64,000 nucleotides of DNA from Plasmodiophora brassicae. Lineage: Eukaryota. The notes below the pieces were generated by a model. That model did no database searches, was not told the DNA's origin, and saw nothing but the letters and a program-made list of their open reading frames with translations. Where the stretch lies: contig CP145421.1 of NCBI GenBank assembly GCA_036867785.1, positions 806,001-870,000 of the forward strand. Direction: 5' to 3'. Of this stretch, positions 38,981 to 51,994 are shown piece after piece (position 1 is the stretch's first letter; every line of letters starts with the position of its first letter). The translations under genes were made by a program, and so were the position numbers.

Positions 38981-39397
38981 TCACGACACCTGTGGGGACT
39001 GGGCGGCGGCGACTGGTACCGTCTGGCCGAGTTTCGATGCGTCCTGGTGCACTCGTCGAGCGGCCAGGACGCGGTAGAACAAGGAGACGCTGAGTGCGAT
39101 TACGCCGGTGAGTACAGCGGGGACCAGGAGCAGGAGCAGGCGCGACGACGACGCTAGCGATGTGTCAGAGGCGAGAAACGCAACCGGCGCCCGAGTCGAC
39201 AGCCGTTGCGTGGACTGTGGGTCAACGAGCACCGGGTAGGCCGCTCGGCGGTCACGATGCATGGCCTGCAGGTCGGTAGTCGACATTGCTGCACGCCTGA
39301 TGAACAGCGTCTGTGCTGTGGATCGCAATATGCGCCCGGTGAACGGAGCCGCGTTGACGGCGCATGCGACCGCGACGACGATGATGACAAACCGCAT
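38981..39397 (-). CDS. Small protein with signal peptide and C-terminal TM, unknown function
   Basis: Signal peptide MRFVIIVVAVACAVNA and hydrophobic LLLLLVPAVLTGVIALSVSLFY near the C-terminus. Confidence 0.65.
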   Translation of the reverse strand: MRFVIIVVAVACAVNAAPFTGRILRSTAQTLFIRRAAMSTTDLQAMHRDRRAAYPVLVDPQSTQRLSTRAPVAFLASDTSLASSSRLLLLLVPAVLTGVIALSVSLFYRVLAARRVHQDASKLGQTVPVAAAQSPQVS

Positions 39398-39493
39398 CCC
39401 CAAGATATGAACGTGTCACCATGACGCGCACACGTGCTGAAATCAGAATCTCGCGTTGTCTGGAGGAGGCGATTGTTGTATTGTGACGTTTGA

Positions 39494-39510
39494 GGTGTTG
39501 ATTAAACACC
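39494..39510 (-). other. Histone 3' UTR stem-loop-like element (H4)
   Basis: Minus-strand GGTGTT-TAATC-AACACC, 37 nt after the H4 stop. Confidence 0.7.
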
Positions 39511-39547
39511 GTTTAAGATTTGCTGCAAATGGGGCAGATGGAATTGC

Positions 39548-40144
<597 letters not shown>

Positions 40145-40173
40145 TCATTTCGATATCGAGTGTGTTCGAGTAG

Positions 40174-40608
<435 letters not shown>

Positions 40609-40650
40609 GCGGCCACCTGATCGGCGTACCATCGCTGACGTCCAACAACT

Positions 40651-40666
40651 GGTGTTAATCAACACC
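40651..40666 (+). other. Histone 3' UTR stem-loop-like element (H3)
   Basis: GGTGTT-AATC-AACACC (6-bp stem, 4-nt loop) with AC-rich flanks, 42 nt after the H3 stop. Confidence 0.75.
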
Positions 40667-41154
40667 ACAAGATTCCAAAGAGTAATATATTCTATGTGGT
40701 GAATTGATCACGCGTGGCATGCGTACGATCGGTAGAATGCCCGTATTATCCACGCCGTGACCAGTTTTCACGTGCGATCAGGCACCTCAGGCGGAACGGC
40801 ATGAACATTGAAACCTATGCTGCTGTAAGAATGCACTAGATATTCCGTCTGGAGTTGTTTTCACGGTCTTCGTGCTGCTTCCTTTTCACCCGGACCGCTT
40901 CTGGCAGGCACCCGCTGCACACCGGTACAGCAACGGCTTTCGTCAAAATGGAACGTGCCGTCTGACGTCCTCGTGGGCAACGCGACGAAGGGTATAGGCG
41001 GTCCCTATAATTGCGCTCGATATTGCAGCGTTGGGTTACTTTGGGTCGCGGCTCACCGTTTTAAAATTGATTACGAGCAATGACCCACGGAAGATCGATC
41101 GGGTACGCCACCTCGTTGGAGTTGCATCGCACGGGCACGGAACGACGGAATCGC

Positions 41155-42736
41155 ATGGTGACGACTTCAAACGCTGCCCGCTTTTCTGTCCTGTTAGTGC
41201 AACTGTTGCTGAACCGCTTTGCCAAAGCGACGCTGTCCTTTCCTGGGGCGACAAGCCCCGGCCTGACGGACGCCGTCATATATTCGCCTCCACTGACATC
41301 GTTCCTGGGGCCGCAGTGGTCCGACAATGCCACGGCTCTTACCAGGCCTGTCGTTCTGTACAGCGGCGACCTATGTGATCGTCAATCCATTCCGTCCGAC
41401 GTCGTTCGTCAGCGCATCGTCATTGTCTCTTTGGAAGCCGCCAGTGCAATGGCTTGCTCCAGTGAGGAGGCGTACACCAACATGGAGAATCAAGGCCCTG
41501 CAGCCGTAATTGGTGAGATCCCCAACCCCATCCTTATAATATGTGCTTTGGATCTTACATTCTTCTCTAGTGTCGTATTCGGAGAGGACGGTCGGCTCTA
41601 GCCTGTACTGCAACGACGGGTCGCGTGGTTCAAGAACGCGATCGCACAAGATGCTGTTCCTGGCAATCGCACCTTCTGCAACCCTGTACGACGACATTGT
41701 GGCGCAAGCTCCTGGATTGAATGCCACAGTGTACCCTGACTTTAACGTATGGGCCCCTGTCTTGTCCTCGTGGTACTACCAGCTGTTCGTCCGCATCATT
41801 CCCAGCACGATCCTGGTCGGGGCCGGGTGCGCGGCAGCCGTATTCTTCGCCGCCCACATGCTGATCATCCACGAGAGGTTCAAGGACGAGTCCGGGCAGG
41901 AGCGCCGCTCCATTCGCCGCTGGGTGCGCTTCGTGTCCAGAGCTGTCGACTTGCCACATTTCGTCCTGTTCACAGAGCTGACCACTGCCACCTTGGCAGG
42001 CGTTGTCACCGCAGTTGACGGGTTTCAAAGCACGCCTACCCTTCCCTGTTCTGTCGTGAACTACTTCCTGACTCTGCTCGCCGGCTGGTCGTTCGCGTGT
42101 TCCATGGCCTGCGCGACCGTCTGGGTCAGGAAGCTGGGCGACCTGATGCCAGGTAAACAGCAGTCGCTTGTGACGCGCGTCGTCTCCGGCGAATACCCTG
42201 TCGTCTATGCCTTGCTGAACATCGTCCCGGTCATACTGGACACGTCCATCTCGATATGTTTCGCGATGTACTACTTCCCGCCGCTGCTGACGGCAGCAGC
42301 GTCCGGCGTTCTGATGCTGATGCAAATCGTGCTGAGCTGCCACGTCCTGACGGGCGTCGCCAAGTACTCCTCCACGGCCGCGGGCATCCAGGCGAGGTCC
42401 TCCAGCTCCGCCGGCCACGAGGCGTCCGTTGACAGGTTCCTTGTGCGGCTCAGCCGATGTGCACTCGGCCTGTCGCTCTCCACCATCATGTACTGCGTCG
42501 GAGCGGCAACCATCGGCCTGGTCCCAGCGTACGCCAACACGCCCAGCGGCTGGACCGTCTCGTGGGCGCTTGCCTACACCGGCAGAGCCCTGGACAGCGC
42601 GTTCCGCGTCGCCATCTTCCAACCGAAACTCGGCCTCCTTCTACCTTCCAGCGCTAAGCTTCGCCATATCGTTGTCCAGCCATCTACCAGACCTGTCGCA
42701 CCATCTGGCCACAAACAGACGACGCGCCATCACTGA
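41155..42736 (+). CDS. Signal peptide + PA-like ectodomain + about 7 TM helices (GPCR-like), paralog of 32622-34100, 2 exons
   Basis: GT-AG intron 41513-41570 joins the two ORFs. Shares IY.PP...F/Y.GPQ, PD.NVW and TP.GWTV.WAL motifs with the paralog. Confidence 0.75.
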
Positions 42737-42951
42737 CGATGATAAAGCAACGCGCTGAGGCGCGAATCCTGACTGAAACTCTTGTGTGTTAGCCGGATGT
42801 CATCCCAGGCGCGACGGGCGCCTGCAGGGGGCTTCGAGTGTGTGCCAGCCGCGGCGTGCTGCGCTGGGCGGGCGTCGTCCCATTCCCGCGGCGCCCTCCG
42901 TTTTGTGTGAAGCATCGTGTGCGTGGGGCTGCCTGGGGCGACGGTCCCCGC

Positions 42952-44669
42952 ATGATGGTGCCGGCGCTGATCGCGGCGTTGTCGTCGCCGGCGCCGTACC
43001 CGTTCGAGGTGCGATCCGATATCGTCGTCAAGCAGACGCACCTGTCCGTTGTGTTCCTGGTCGACGACGGTAGGCGCGGCGCGCGCGGGCGAACGCCCCC
43101 GACTGACTGACGCCGGCCGTACCGCCCAGTTGTGTACAAGGTCAAACGGGCGGTGGATTTCGGCTTCGTGGACTACTCGACGCTGGAGAAGCGCAGGCGG
43201 TTCTGCGAGGCGGAGGTGCTGCTGAACAGGCGCATGGCGCCGACGGTCTACATTGGCGTGGTCGCGATCCGCCTCGATGCCGCCACCGGGTCGCTGTTCG
43301 TCGACGCGGACGAGGACGCCGCCCAGCCGCTCGATGTCGTCGAGTACGCCGTCAAGATGCGCCGACTGGCGGACGACGACACGCTGCTGCATGCGGTTCG
43401 CACCGGAGCGGCGGTCTCGTCCGAGACGCTGCTGCCGATAGCGCGCCTGCTCGCCGACTTCCACACGCGCATCGCGGCGCGATCGCCGACGATTGCCCAG
43501 TTCGGCGCCTACGACAACGTGGCGTTCAACATGAGCGAGAACTTTCGGCAGACGCCGGACCATGTCCGGCACGGGTGGGTGTCGCAGGCCGTCTACGAGC
43601 GGGTCCGATCCGCATCCGTTGCCGGGCTGGAGTCCCTGCGACCGGTCATGCAGGAGCGTGTCGCGCGTGGCGTCCCCTGCGACGCGCACGGCGACCTGCG
43701 CCTCGAGCACGTCTACGTCGAGGACGGGCGCATCAGCATCATCGACTGTGTCGAGTTTTCGGACCGGTCGGTGTGCATACGCGTGCCTGTGCGGTGGGGC
43801 GACGTCCTGACAGGCACGTCAGGCTCCGGTACGGCGACCCGCTATCCGACATTGCGTTCCTGCTGATGGATCTGCTGTACGAAACGGGCCAGCTGGCCTG
43901 GTCGGACGTGCTGCTGGACGAGTACCTGTCCGCGTGCGCTGTGAAACGAACGCCTGCCGTTGACCGCCTCGTGTCGTGGTATTCCTGCTATCGAAGCGTG
44001 GTCCGCGCCAAGGTCGTCGGGCTGAAGGCCCGGGAGGAAACCGTCCAGGAACACGAGCGTCGCGCCGCCCAGCGCCGCGTCCGCCGTCACTGGCACGTCG
44101 CGCTGACGCTCATTGAGGAGCCCGGCTCCCGGCCCGGCCTGATCATTGTCACCGGCCTGCCGGCGTCGGGGAAGTCGACCATCGCCAAGGCGTTGGACGT
44201 GCCGCTCGCCGTCGTCCTGCGAACCGACACGATCAGGAAAGAGGGCGACGACGTCGCCCCTGCCTATGACGTCGATGCCAAGCGCGTCATCTACGAGGAG
44301 CTGGCGACGCGGGCCGCCCACCATCTACGCGAAGGCAAGCGCGTCATTGCGGACGCGACGTTCAATCTCGCCGGGCAGGTCGACGCGTTCCGCCACGTCG
44401 CCAGGGACCTCGGCGTCATCTTCGTCATCCTGCTGTGCCAGTGCCCGGACCGGTCCGCCGTCAGGCGTCGCCTGGAGCGTCGCACGGGCGACGCCTCCGA
44501 CGCCGACTGGAACGTCTACCTGACGATGGCAGCGAACTGGCAGGGGCCGACCGTGGACACCGCCGGTGTCGTCCCGGTCGACACGTCCGGGTCCATCGGC
44601 GACATGTGCGGGCGCGCGCGCGCCGCCCTCGCCCGCGTCGGCCTGGCGTCGCACTCCGACGACGTGTAG
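42952..44669 (+). CDS. Bacterial-type bifunctional APH-like kinase (COG2187-like) + AAA_33 P-loop kinase (COG0645-like), 3 exons
   Basis: Contains QTHLSVVFL, YKVKRAVDFGFVDYSTLEKRRRFCEAEVLLNRRMAP, HGDLRLEHV, IIDCVEF, Walker A GLPASGKST, VIADATF and SDADWNVY. Introns are 43070-43129 and 43767-43822. Confidence 0.85.
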
Positions 44670-45206
44670 CGACGCCTCGTCGCGTCGACAGCGCAACGCA
44701 CCGGGCCCAGCGACATGCGCTGCTGCTGGTCCTGCTCGAGTTGCCCCGTCTAAAAATATCAACCTGCTATGTGCCGACGCTCAACGACGACAACTGGCGA
44801 TTCGTCGTCGGCAACCGGACCGACGCGTACAGGACGCCCGCAGGTGGTTGTCGTCGTCGTCGTCGACAGGGCCACGGCGGCCGGTCTGATGTCCGCCGCG
44901 TGTGCGGGCAGCAGCGCGTCTCCGCGGGGGGACCCACCGCCCCAGGGACAGACAGGCAGACGCGCTGCGCGTGCGCGTCGGACGGGGCGACGACGGCGCG
45001 GCTTTATTTGACCGGGCGGGTTTGGGTCAGTGCGGGGGAAAGTGCGCGTCCTGACTAAATGGGGGCCCGATTCCCCAGCAGCCCGAAGCAGCGGATCGAG
45101 GTCAGCCGATCGCAGCCGCATTAGGCAAACCGTGTCTTGCAGGGGGTCGACGATCGCCGCCTGTCCGGACCCGGCGCCCAGCAACCCCGCGATTATCAGA
45201 CCGCCG

Positions 45207-46274
45207 ATGCTCGACGAGGCCAGCGCCGGCGAGCCGCGCCGCCCGCCGCTGTACTTCCAGGCGCGCCCGGCCGCCCTGCAGGTGCCGACGCCGGTGGCGG
45301 TCGGCGGCGCCGGATCGCCCATGTGGAACAACGCGTTCAACGCGTCCGCCTGCTTCTCGCCGATGAACCTCGGGTTCAACTCGCCGATGAACTTCCCGGG
45401 CCTGGGCGGGTCGCCCGGCGGCCCGCTCCTCCTGTCGACGCCGTCGATGGCCGTCCCGACCGCCGTCCAGGCGTCCGTCGCCCACCAGAACTCGCCGACG
45501 CCCCCGTTCTACCAGGTGCCGCGGGCCGCCCCGATGGCGCGGGACGCTCCACCCGCCGCCGCCGCCGCCGTCGCCGCCGCCGCACCGGCGCGTATCGCCG
45601 GGTCCGCGTTCCACCAGTCGACGCCGATCCACAGGGAAGACGGCACGCCGTCGCCGCTATTCTCCTACGCCATGGTCCCGGGCAACATGGGCAGCCCGCT
45701 GCTGCCGGGCGTGTCGTCGCAGCAGGCGTTCGCGCCGGCGACCCCGACCCGCCCGCCGTCGTCCAGCGGCTCCCTGCGCCGATCGTTGCTGATCCGGCAG
45801 CAGCAGATGCAGACGGGGGCGATCTGCGCGCACGCGTCGATCGCGAACGACTACTCGATGTCGCCGACCGGGTCCGCCTGCAGCGTGTCGTCGGGCGACG
45901 AGTCGTCGTCGCAGACGCCGGCCGTCCCCGCGCACCGGACGGGGACGGTGCCGTCCAAGACGCCGCTGCCCGACAACGGCGACACGATGCGGATCGATCC
46001 GCGCCACCAGCACCACTACGAGCGGCTCGTGTTCGCCGGCCTGCACGGCGCGTCGTCGCCGCTGGACAGGATCCGCGTCTGGTCGGACGGCGTCGGCGGC
46101 CCGCTCCTGTACGACTGCGTCTGCGGGAAGCGCATCCCGAACACGTCGCTGCACAAGGTCAAGCGGCACGCCTACAGGCACGCCGTCTCGTCGTACACGT
46201 GCGACCTGTGCGGCAAGGTCTTCAAGGCGCACTGGAGCCTGAACGCGCACAAGCGAATCCATAAGATCGAGTGA
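45207..46274 (+). CDS. C2H2 zinc-finger protein with an SP-rich low-complexity N-terminus (start uncertain)
   Basis: C-terminal fingers CVCGKR...KRHAYRH and CDLCGKVFKAHWSLNAHKRIH. Confidence 0.8.
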   Translation: MLDEASAGEPRRPPLYFQARPAALQVPTPVAVGGAGSPMWNNAFNASACFSPMNLGFNSPMNFPGLGGSPGGPLLLSTPSMAVPTAVQASVAHQNSPTPPFYQVPRAAPMARDAPPAAAAAVAAAAPARIAGSAFHQSTPIHREDGTPSPLFSYAMVPGNMGSPLLPGVSSQQAFAPATPTRPPSSSGSLRRSLLIRQQQMQTGAICAHASIANDYSMSPTGSACSVSSGDESSSQTPAVPAHRTGTVPSKTPLPDNGDTMRIDPRHQHHYERLVFAGLHGASSPLDRIRVWSDGVGGPLLYDCVCGKRIPNTSLHKVKRHAYRHAVSSYTCDLCGKVFKAHWSLNAHKRIHKIE

Positions 46275-46603
46275 CGATGACGATGATGGGGTGCGGGTGG
46301 GTGCGCCCGTGTCGTCCTCCACCACCACCCCGTCGTCGTCGTCGTACTCCTACTTCTACTACTACTACTTATATTTGCTATTTCATTCTCCGGTTGTTAT
46401 CCCCATGTTGGTATAAACGATGCCGATCGTCATTGTCGTTTGGGCCCACCCCCGATCACGTTCCAGACTGCCTGCCGGGGCAGGGCGACCCTCCGCTCCT
46501 GTGACTCGGATAGGTGGCGGCGTGTGTGTGGGTCGCTATATTATAGATCTGGAACAATAGTGGCAGGACCGCGCGAGAGGCACGCGCCAGAACGCAGATC
46601 GCG

Positions 46604-47271
46604 ATGCAATCAATACGGTCGCGATACGACCGGTGGAAGGAACGACGACGCCAGGGGCGCTCCCTGGACGCGCCGCCCGCGAACCAGGCACTTGCCGCTG
46701 ATCCGGCCAACGAACCAGCGGCGGCGGTGGTGGTGGCGCCCCCCGCCAACGGAAACGCCCGACTGTCCATGCCAGGTGGCCATCTCCCTGCATGCCGCGT
46801 GCGACGCGCTGACGCGTGCCTCGTAGTCGCACAAGCGCCCGCCGTCGAGGTGCTGAACGTCAATGGGCACCAGGTCATGGTGTTCCGGAGTGCACAGGCG
46901 CCGGCACGAAAGACGGTCGACCCGACGCTGATCCCGTCGTTCGGCTTCAAGCGGCCCGAGTAGGACGCGCTCGCGCCACCCGGATGCGCCCGTGCCTACG
47001 CCTGACACACGCGTCCGCAGGCCGTCCTCGTCAACCGAACGAACGTCGTGCATCGTCTGCCTACTGGATTTCGAGGAAGGCGACGAGGTCAAACTGCTGC
47101 CGTGCCTGCATGCGTTCCACGCGGCGTGCATATCGGAGTGGTTCCAGCAGCATTCAACGTGCCCGGTAGGGCGGCGCGTGCGACATTGACGGGGCGCTGA
47201 CTATGTACCGTCCGCAGATCTGCCAGCAGGACGTCAGGGCGATGCTGACACAGGGCATGTCCCTCGGTTAG
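46604..47271 (+). CDS. RING-H2 E3 ubiquitin ligase, multi-exon
   Basis: CIVCLLDFEEGDEVKLLPCLHAFHAACISEWFQQHSTCP spliced to ICQQDV. Confidence 0.8.
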
Positions 47272-47412
47272 TACAATAGCCGTCAAAACGAATATCGCTG
47301 TCGTCAGCTATAAACATGCACTAGCGGCCGACACGGTAGGCGCGTCGGATGAGGCGTTAACGGACGATGCGGGGTTACATGGAGACACTGCAGGCCATTG
47401 ATGTGCACGAGA

Positions 47413-48742
47413 TTACAGCAGGAACGGGATGAACGCCTTGCGCGATTTCGGATAGTTGCCGAACTCCTTCTTGTACGCCTTGTGCTTGCCGACCGCCCAC
47501 AGGTACATCTGTCCGGCCGAGACGCATGCGAAGAAGTATGCTGGAGACAACTGATGTCAACGAGCAATCCGAACGATGCCGACGCGATCGCCGTACCTGT
47601 CAGCGTACACGTCATGACGGCGAACGACACCCACGCCATGGTCTCGAACAGGTAGTTCGGACACGATACGAGCCTGTCGTCACGTGTTCACAGGTATGCT
47701 GGCGCGGGCAAGACACGGTCACAAGGGGGCGTACTCGAACATGAACCCATTCGGGATCCGGCGCACGGTAGAGCCCGACGGGCGCAGGCGCATCAGGATG
47801 ATGTGCGTGTACAAGTTGCAGAGCATGGACGCGACGAACACGGCGGCGCAGACCATGACGGTCGTGTCCGACACGCCCTGGGTGTAGTGCGGATGATAGA
47901 GGAAGTAGGCGATGAACAGGCCCCCTGCCATGTTGGTCGGTTATAAGAAACCGGCGATGTTCCAACCATGCCTGCCTACCTAGTCCCCAATAGTGGAAGC
48001 TGTTCTTGAAGATATTACGCAGCGGCATGGTCCCGTTGCTGAATCGATGAACGAAGGCCGTCTCGAGTTCACGCTTGATGTAGTGAATGAGCACCAAACC
48101 GAACCCGATCCTGCACGGGGGAGGTGGTCAGGCGAATGACGTCAGGTACGAAAGGAACCAGTTCAATGGACTTTTGGGGGAGGCAACGATGGGCAATGGG
48201 CGCAGAGTAGAATAGCTGCGGGCAGAGGTAGACCAGCAAATGGACGATGATCGGCCCAGCGTATTCGACGAAGAAGACCGTGCGCCACCCGACCTGTGGA
48301 CCCAGGTCCTTGAAGTACAGCGTCACCGACGACGACGACGACTTGAGCGCCGGTTCTGCTCGCCAAGTGTCAGTGACCAGAACGGATCACTCAGCGGGGG
48401 CCGGACCAAGTAGGTCAGCAAGCGTCGCCGAGTCGCCTTTCAGGACAACGCGATCCGGCCCAAGGCCGAGCGTGAAATACTGCCGAGACGGGTAGTATTT
48501 GGGCTCTGTGCAGCATCAACGAGCAGGTCAGCAGCGTAGACGGACGAACAGCAACATACCCCGTACTGCTTCGATGCAGCGCCTTCTTCAGGTCCATCAG
48601 CGTGCTCGACGACTCCAGGACGACGCTGTGAACGCGCAATACTACATTTAACCGAACCGTCCGGGCACAGAACCGGCAGGAAATGCGCAAACCTGGCCAC
48701 CGGGCGATCGTTACGATCGCGCACGTCAATGTTGATCACCAT
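47413..48742 (-). CDS. TECR: Very-long-chain enoyl-CoA reductase (TECR/Tsc13), multi-exon
   Basis: Contains LYFKDLGPQVGWRTVFFVEYAGP, HYIKRELETAFVHRFSNGTMP, NSFHYW, CPNYLFE and KAFIPFLL*. The start could be 48754. Confidence 0.93.
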
Positions 48743-49286
48743 CGATTTCGTCATCGTTGTCGCGCGTCACGTTTTGACGACGCAGTCCGCAGCTGCGCGC
48801 CGCGCCACTGGGGGTGACGCAAGCAGCACCGAAGCAGTCGCCACTACAATCGCGACCCGCTGCCGTCTGCCGCCTGACCCGCAACTGCAGAACGTTCACC
48901 GGAGACTGCTGCGTGTCTGCAAACGCAGCAGGCGTACGCTCGTGAGGATTGCCGCCGCGCTGGTACCATGGAACCCGCCCACCGTGAGATATCGTTGCGG
49001 GGCGTATCAGAGGTGAACGGCATCCTGGGCCAAAGTCGTCGGTTGCTGTCGTTCCGGGAATGGCGGCTTGGGGCGTCGCGAATTGCCGGGCGAGGCCGCT
49101 CCGCAGGGCGGGGCTGCGTGCGTGGGAATTCTATTTCCGTACGGTCCCTGGAGGCCGTGCTAAATCGGCGCTGTCGCCGGCCCAGAGCACACACAATTCG
49201 ATTGCGGCCGACCTACCGATCATCGACGGGGGCCGAACGCGGTGCTAACAGGGGACGGCAGCGGGGCGCGACGACAACGCTGGGAC

Positions 49287-50464
49287 ATGGGCGCACTGCT
49301 GAGCAGCTTCACTGGGCGCATCGATGTCACCGACGTGTTCGTCGACTTCGAGAGTGAGTGCTGCCGGGTCTGCGCCGCTCCGCTGGCGACGGTCGCTGAC
49401 CCGCGACGTCCAGGTGCGAAATACGGCGATGATACCGAGAGGCAGATCTGCGAGGCGGCCGATGAGATCCTGGAGCGCGCACCTGGCGTGATTGCCGCCC
49501 TCGAGGCCTACGCCAATTGCGGGGCACAAATTCGCAAGGCGCTGTCGGACCCGAACCCGAAATCGGAGCAGGAGGCGTTCCAGGCCGTCAAGGCCAACGT
49601 CGCGATCATCAACATGTTCTTCAACTTCAGCAAGGAAGTCGCCAACATGGTCCGGGAGCTGCTGAAGACGCTGGCGACCGGGCAGGAGAAGGAGGCCTTC
49701 TGTGCGCATCAGTTTTCAGGTTTGTCGACCGTGTCGGTGTGCCTGCGTTGATTCCATGCCGGCTGACGTTGGGCCCGCGCGCACGCAGTGAAACAACTCG
49801 GACGCCTGCTCGATTTCGTTCTGCGATTCGATGAGCTGAAGATGCTCCGGCCCGGCATCCAGAACGATTTCTCGTACTACCGTCGTGTCCTGCCAAAGCA
49901 CAGCAACGACCCCGACCTGAAGGTACGCCCATGGGTCACCATGTTCTTGGGCTCGTCGCGCTCAGCCTGTATGCACAGGTGCGGGATGAAGAAGCCAGCT
50001 TCATTTCATTGTACATTGCACAACCGATCCCCATGATGACGGCACTGGCGAAGTCGACCTCCAGCTTGTACGTATCGAACCCGAATGTGCCCGCGGCGCT
50101 GGCGCTGATGGCCAACGTCTGCCTCGAGCTGCTCAAATCGAAAAGGTCGCAGCCGTCGTCGCATCGCATGTGTGCACGTGCGACTGACACGCGTTTGCTG
50201 GCGTGCAGGTTCACGACCTCGGAGACAAACCAGCTTCTGGTGCGAGTGATGGTCGGCTCCATCGTCCTCTTCGATCACGTATCGCTGGAGGGCGGCGCCT
50301 TCGTCAAGAAATCCGGGATCAACATCAAGCAGGCCGTCCAGCTGGTCGTCAAGGAGTACCCGACGCAGAACTCGTTAACAAACATGCTCCGATACTCGAC
50401 GCTACACTACTCGGACGATAGCACGCCGGCCGGCATCCGAAGCCTGCTCGATGTCAACAAATGA
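49287..50464 (+). CDS. CYRI: CYRI/FAM49 Rac1 interactor, multi-exon
   Basis: Myristoylation-type start MGALLS, then [39 protein letters not shown] and LRYSTLH. Confidence 0.93.
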
Positions 50465-50525
50465 GATAAATCCACCAGTTCATTCTGCTTGTGCTACCGG
50501 TAGTCGTCTGCACCATTGGCCGCCC

Positions 50526-51994
50526 TCACATCGGCTCCACGAAATCGCTGGGGAAGTACCCCTGTCTGCCCTTTCGGTTCCTGCCGTAGCCCCACCCGCG
50601 ATCGAACGACGTGTCGAGCGCCTCGATGATCTCGCCTTCAACCAGTGACAGCTGTGTGGCATCCTTGGCCTCGTAGGGCAGGACACATCGCAGGAACCGT
50701 TTCATCTTGATCGACGGCAACGACTGACTGCTGACAAACGCGAATGTGAAGACCTGGCCCAAGACGCAACGTGGCTGGACAGTACCTGGCCGGGTCCATC
50801 AGGTCGCCCGACGACGAGCTGGGCGTCAATCCGAACGGGGCGGCGAACGCTGCTAACCTGGAAGAACTCGCCGATGCTGGCAGACGGGGGTCCACCGGGC
50901 GGGCGCCTTGCGCGTCTCGTGCGGCACTGTCCATCATGAACAGGGCCGGCGAACTCGTCGATTTCCGCCTGTTCGGCGGCGGTGATGGCCCTCGAAGGGT
51001 CCACGTCCCTTGCAGCAGGGGCACATCGTCGCCATCGAACACGGTGCCGTTCGCGTCCGGCCCATCCATGCTGGCAATCGTCATCGCTTTGAGGGCACCC
51101 AGGAGAGCGGCGTTGAAGTCGGATGCGTCGATGCTTTCGCGCTGCGCTTGGGGCACTGGTGACGGGGACCGGCCGCGGACGCGACGAGGCGCGTCTCCGG
51201 TAGGTGGCTGGATGCGGGACGGCGCCGTCTCGGCTGGTTCCGGTGGGCGACTCGCTGGAGCCGACAGCGGACGCAGGTTGGACCGCTCGACAGCATCGAG
51301 GCGCTGGTCCAGCGTAAACGGAGGTGGTACTGGGAGTCTGGGCGGCGGCGCCGAAGGGCCCTGCTCGTTCAGCGGGTTGAAGGAACGCGCTGCTGGGCTG
51401 GGCGCCGAACCGACCACACGTCGGACAGGGGCATCAACCGACGTATCAGAGGAGGACGCATTGGAGGCCGCTGGAGACCGGTCGCGAGAGCGCCGACTTG
51501 CGCCCGTACTGTCTTTGCTGGATGGCGTTATAGGCAAGGACGGCCGTGGCTTGGTCGTCTGCCCGCGCTGCAAGACATCAACGGGGACGCCGAGGAATTT
51601 GCTCATGTATGGCAGGATCGATCTGATCTCCAGCAGGCCGTTCAGGTAGGTCTGCAGCAGGACCTTCCGCTCAGCGACCACTCGGTCGGATCGGTTGTTG
51701 ATCCAGACTTTCGGTGGCCGCTGTATCTTCACGGTCGGGTACCTGTACGCGGGACGTCAGCGAGGCACCGCTCGGTTAGACAGGGCGGCGCCCGCCCGCT
51801 ACCGACTTTGTTCTCCAGACCGTATCGAACTGCCTGAACTCACTGTACTTCTTGGCGATGATTCGGTTGACGCCCCTGGCCCTGATCTGGACGTTGTAGA
51901 CGACGTGCTCCTTGCCGTGTGAGTCGACGATCTTCGACGCGTCGGGCACGGTTATCATCACATACTTGCTGGCCGGGGCGCGCTGCCCGCTCAT
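50526..51994 (-). CDS. PX-domain + C-terminal SH3-domain protein
   Basis: PX motifs HVVYNVQI..KKYSEFRQF..PPK..VVAERKVLLQTYLNGL, a Pro/Ser-rich linker and SH3 (VLPYEAKDATQLSLVEGEII...GWGYG...QGYFPSDFVE). Confidence 0.85.
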
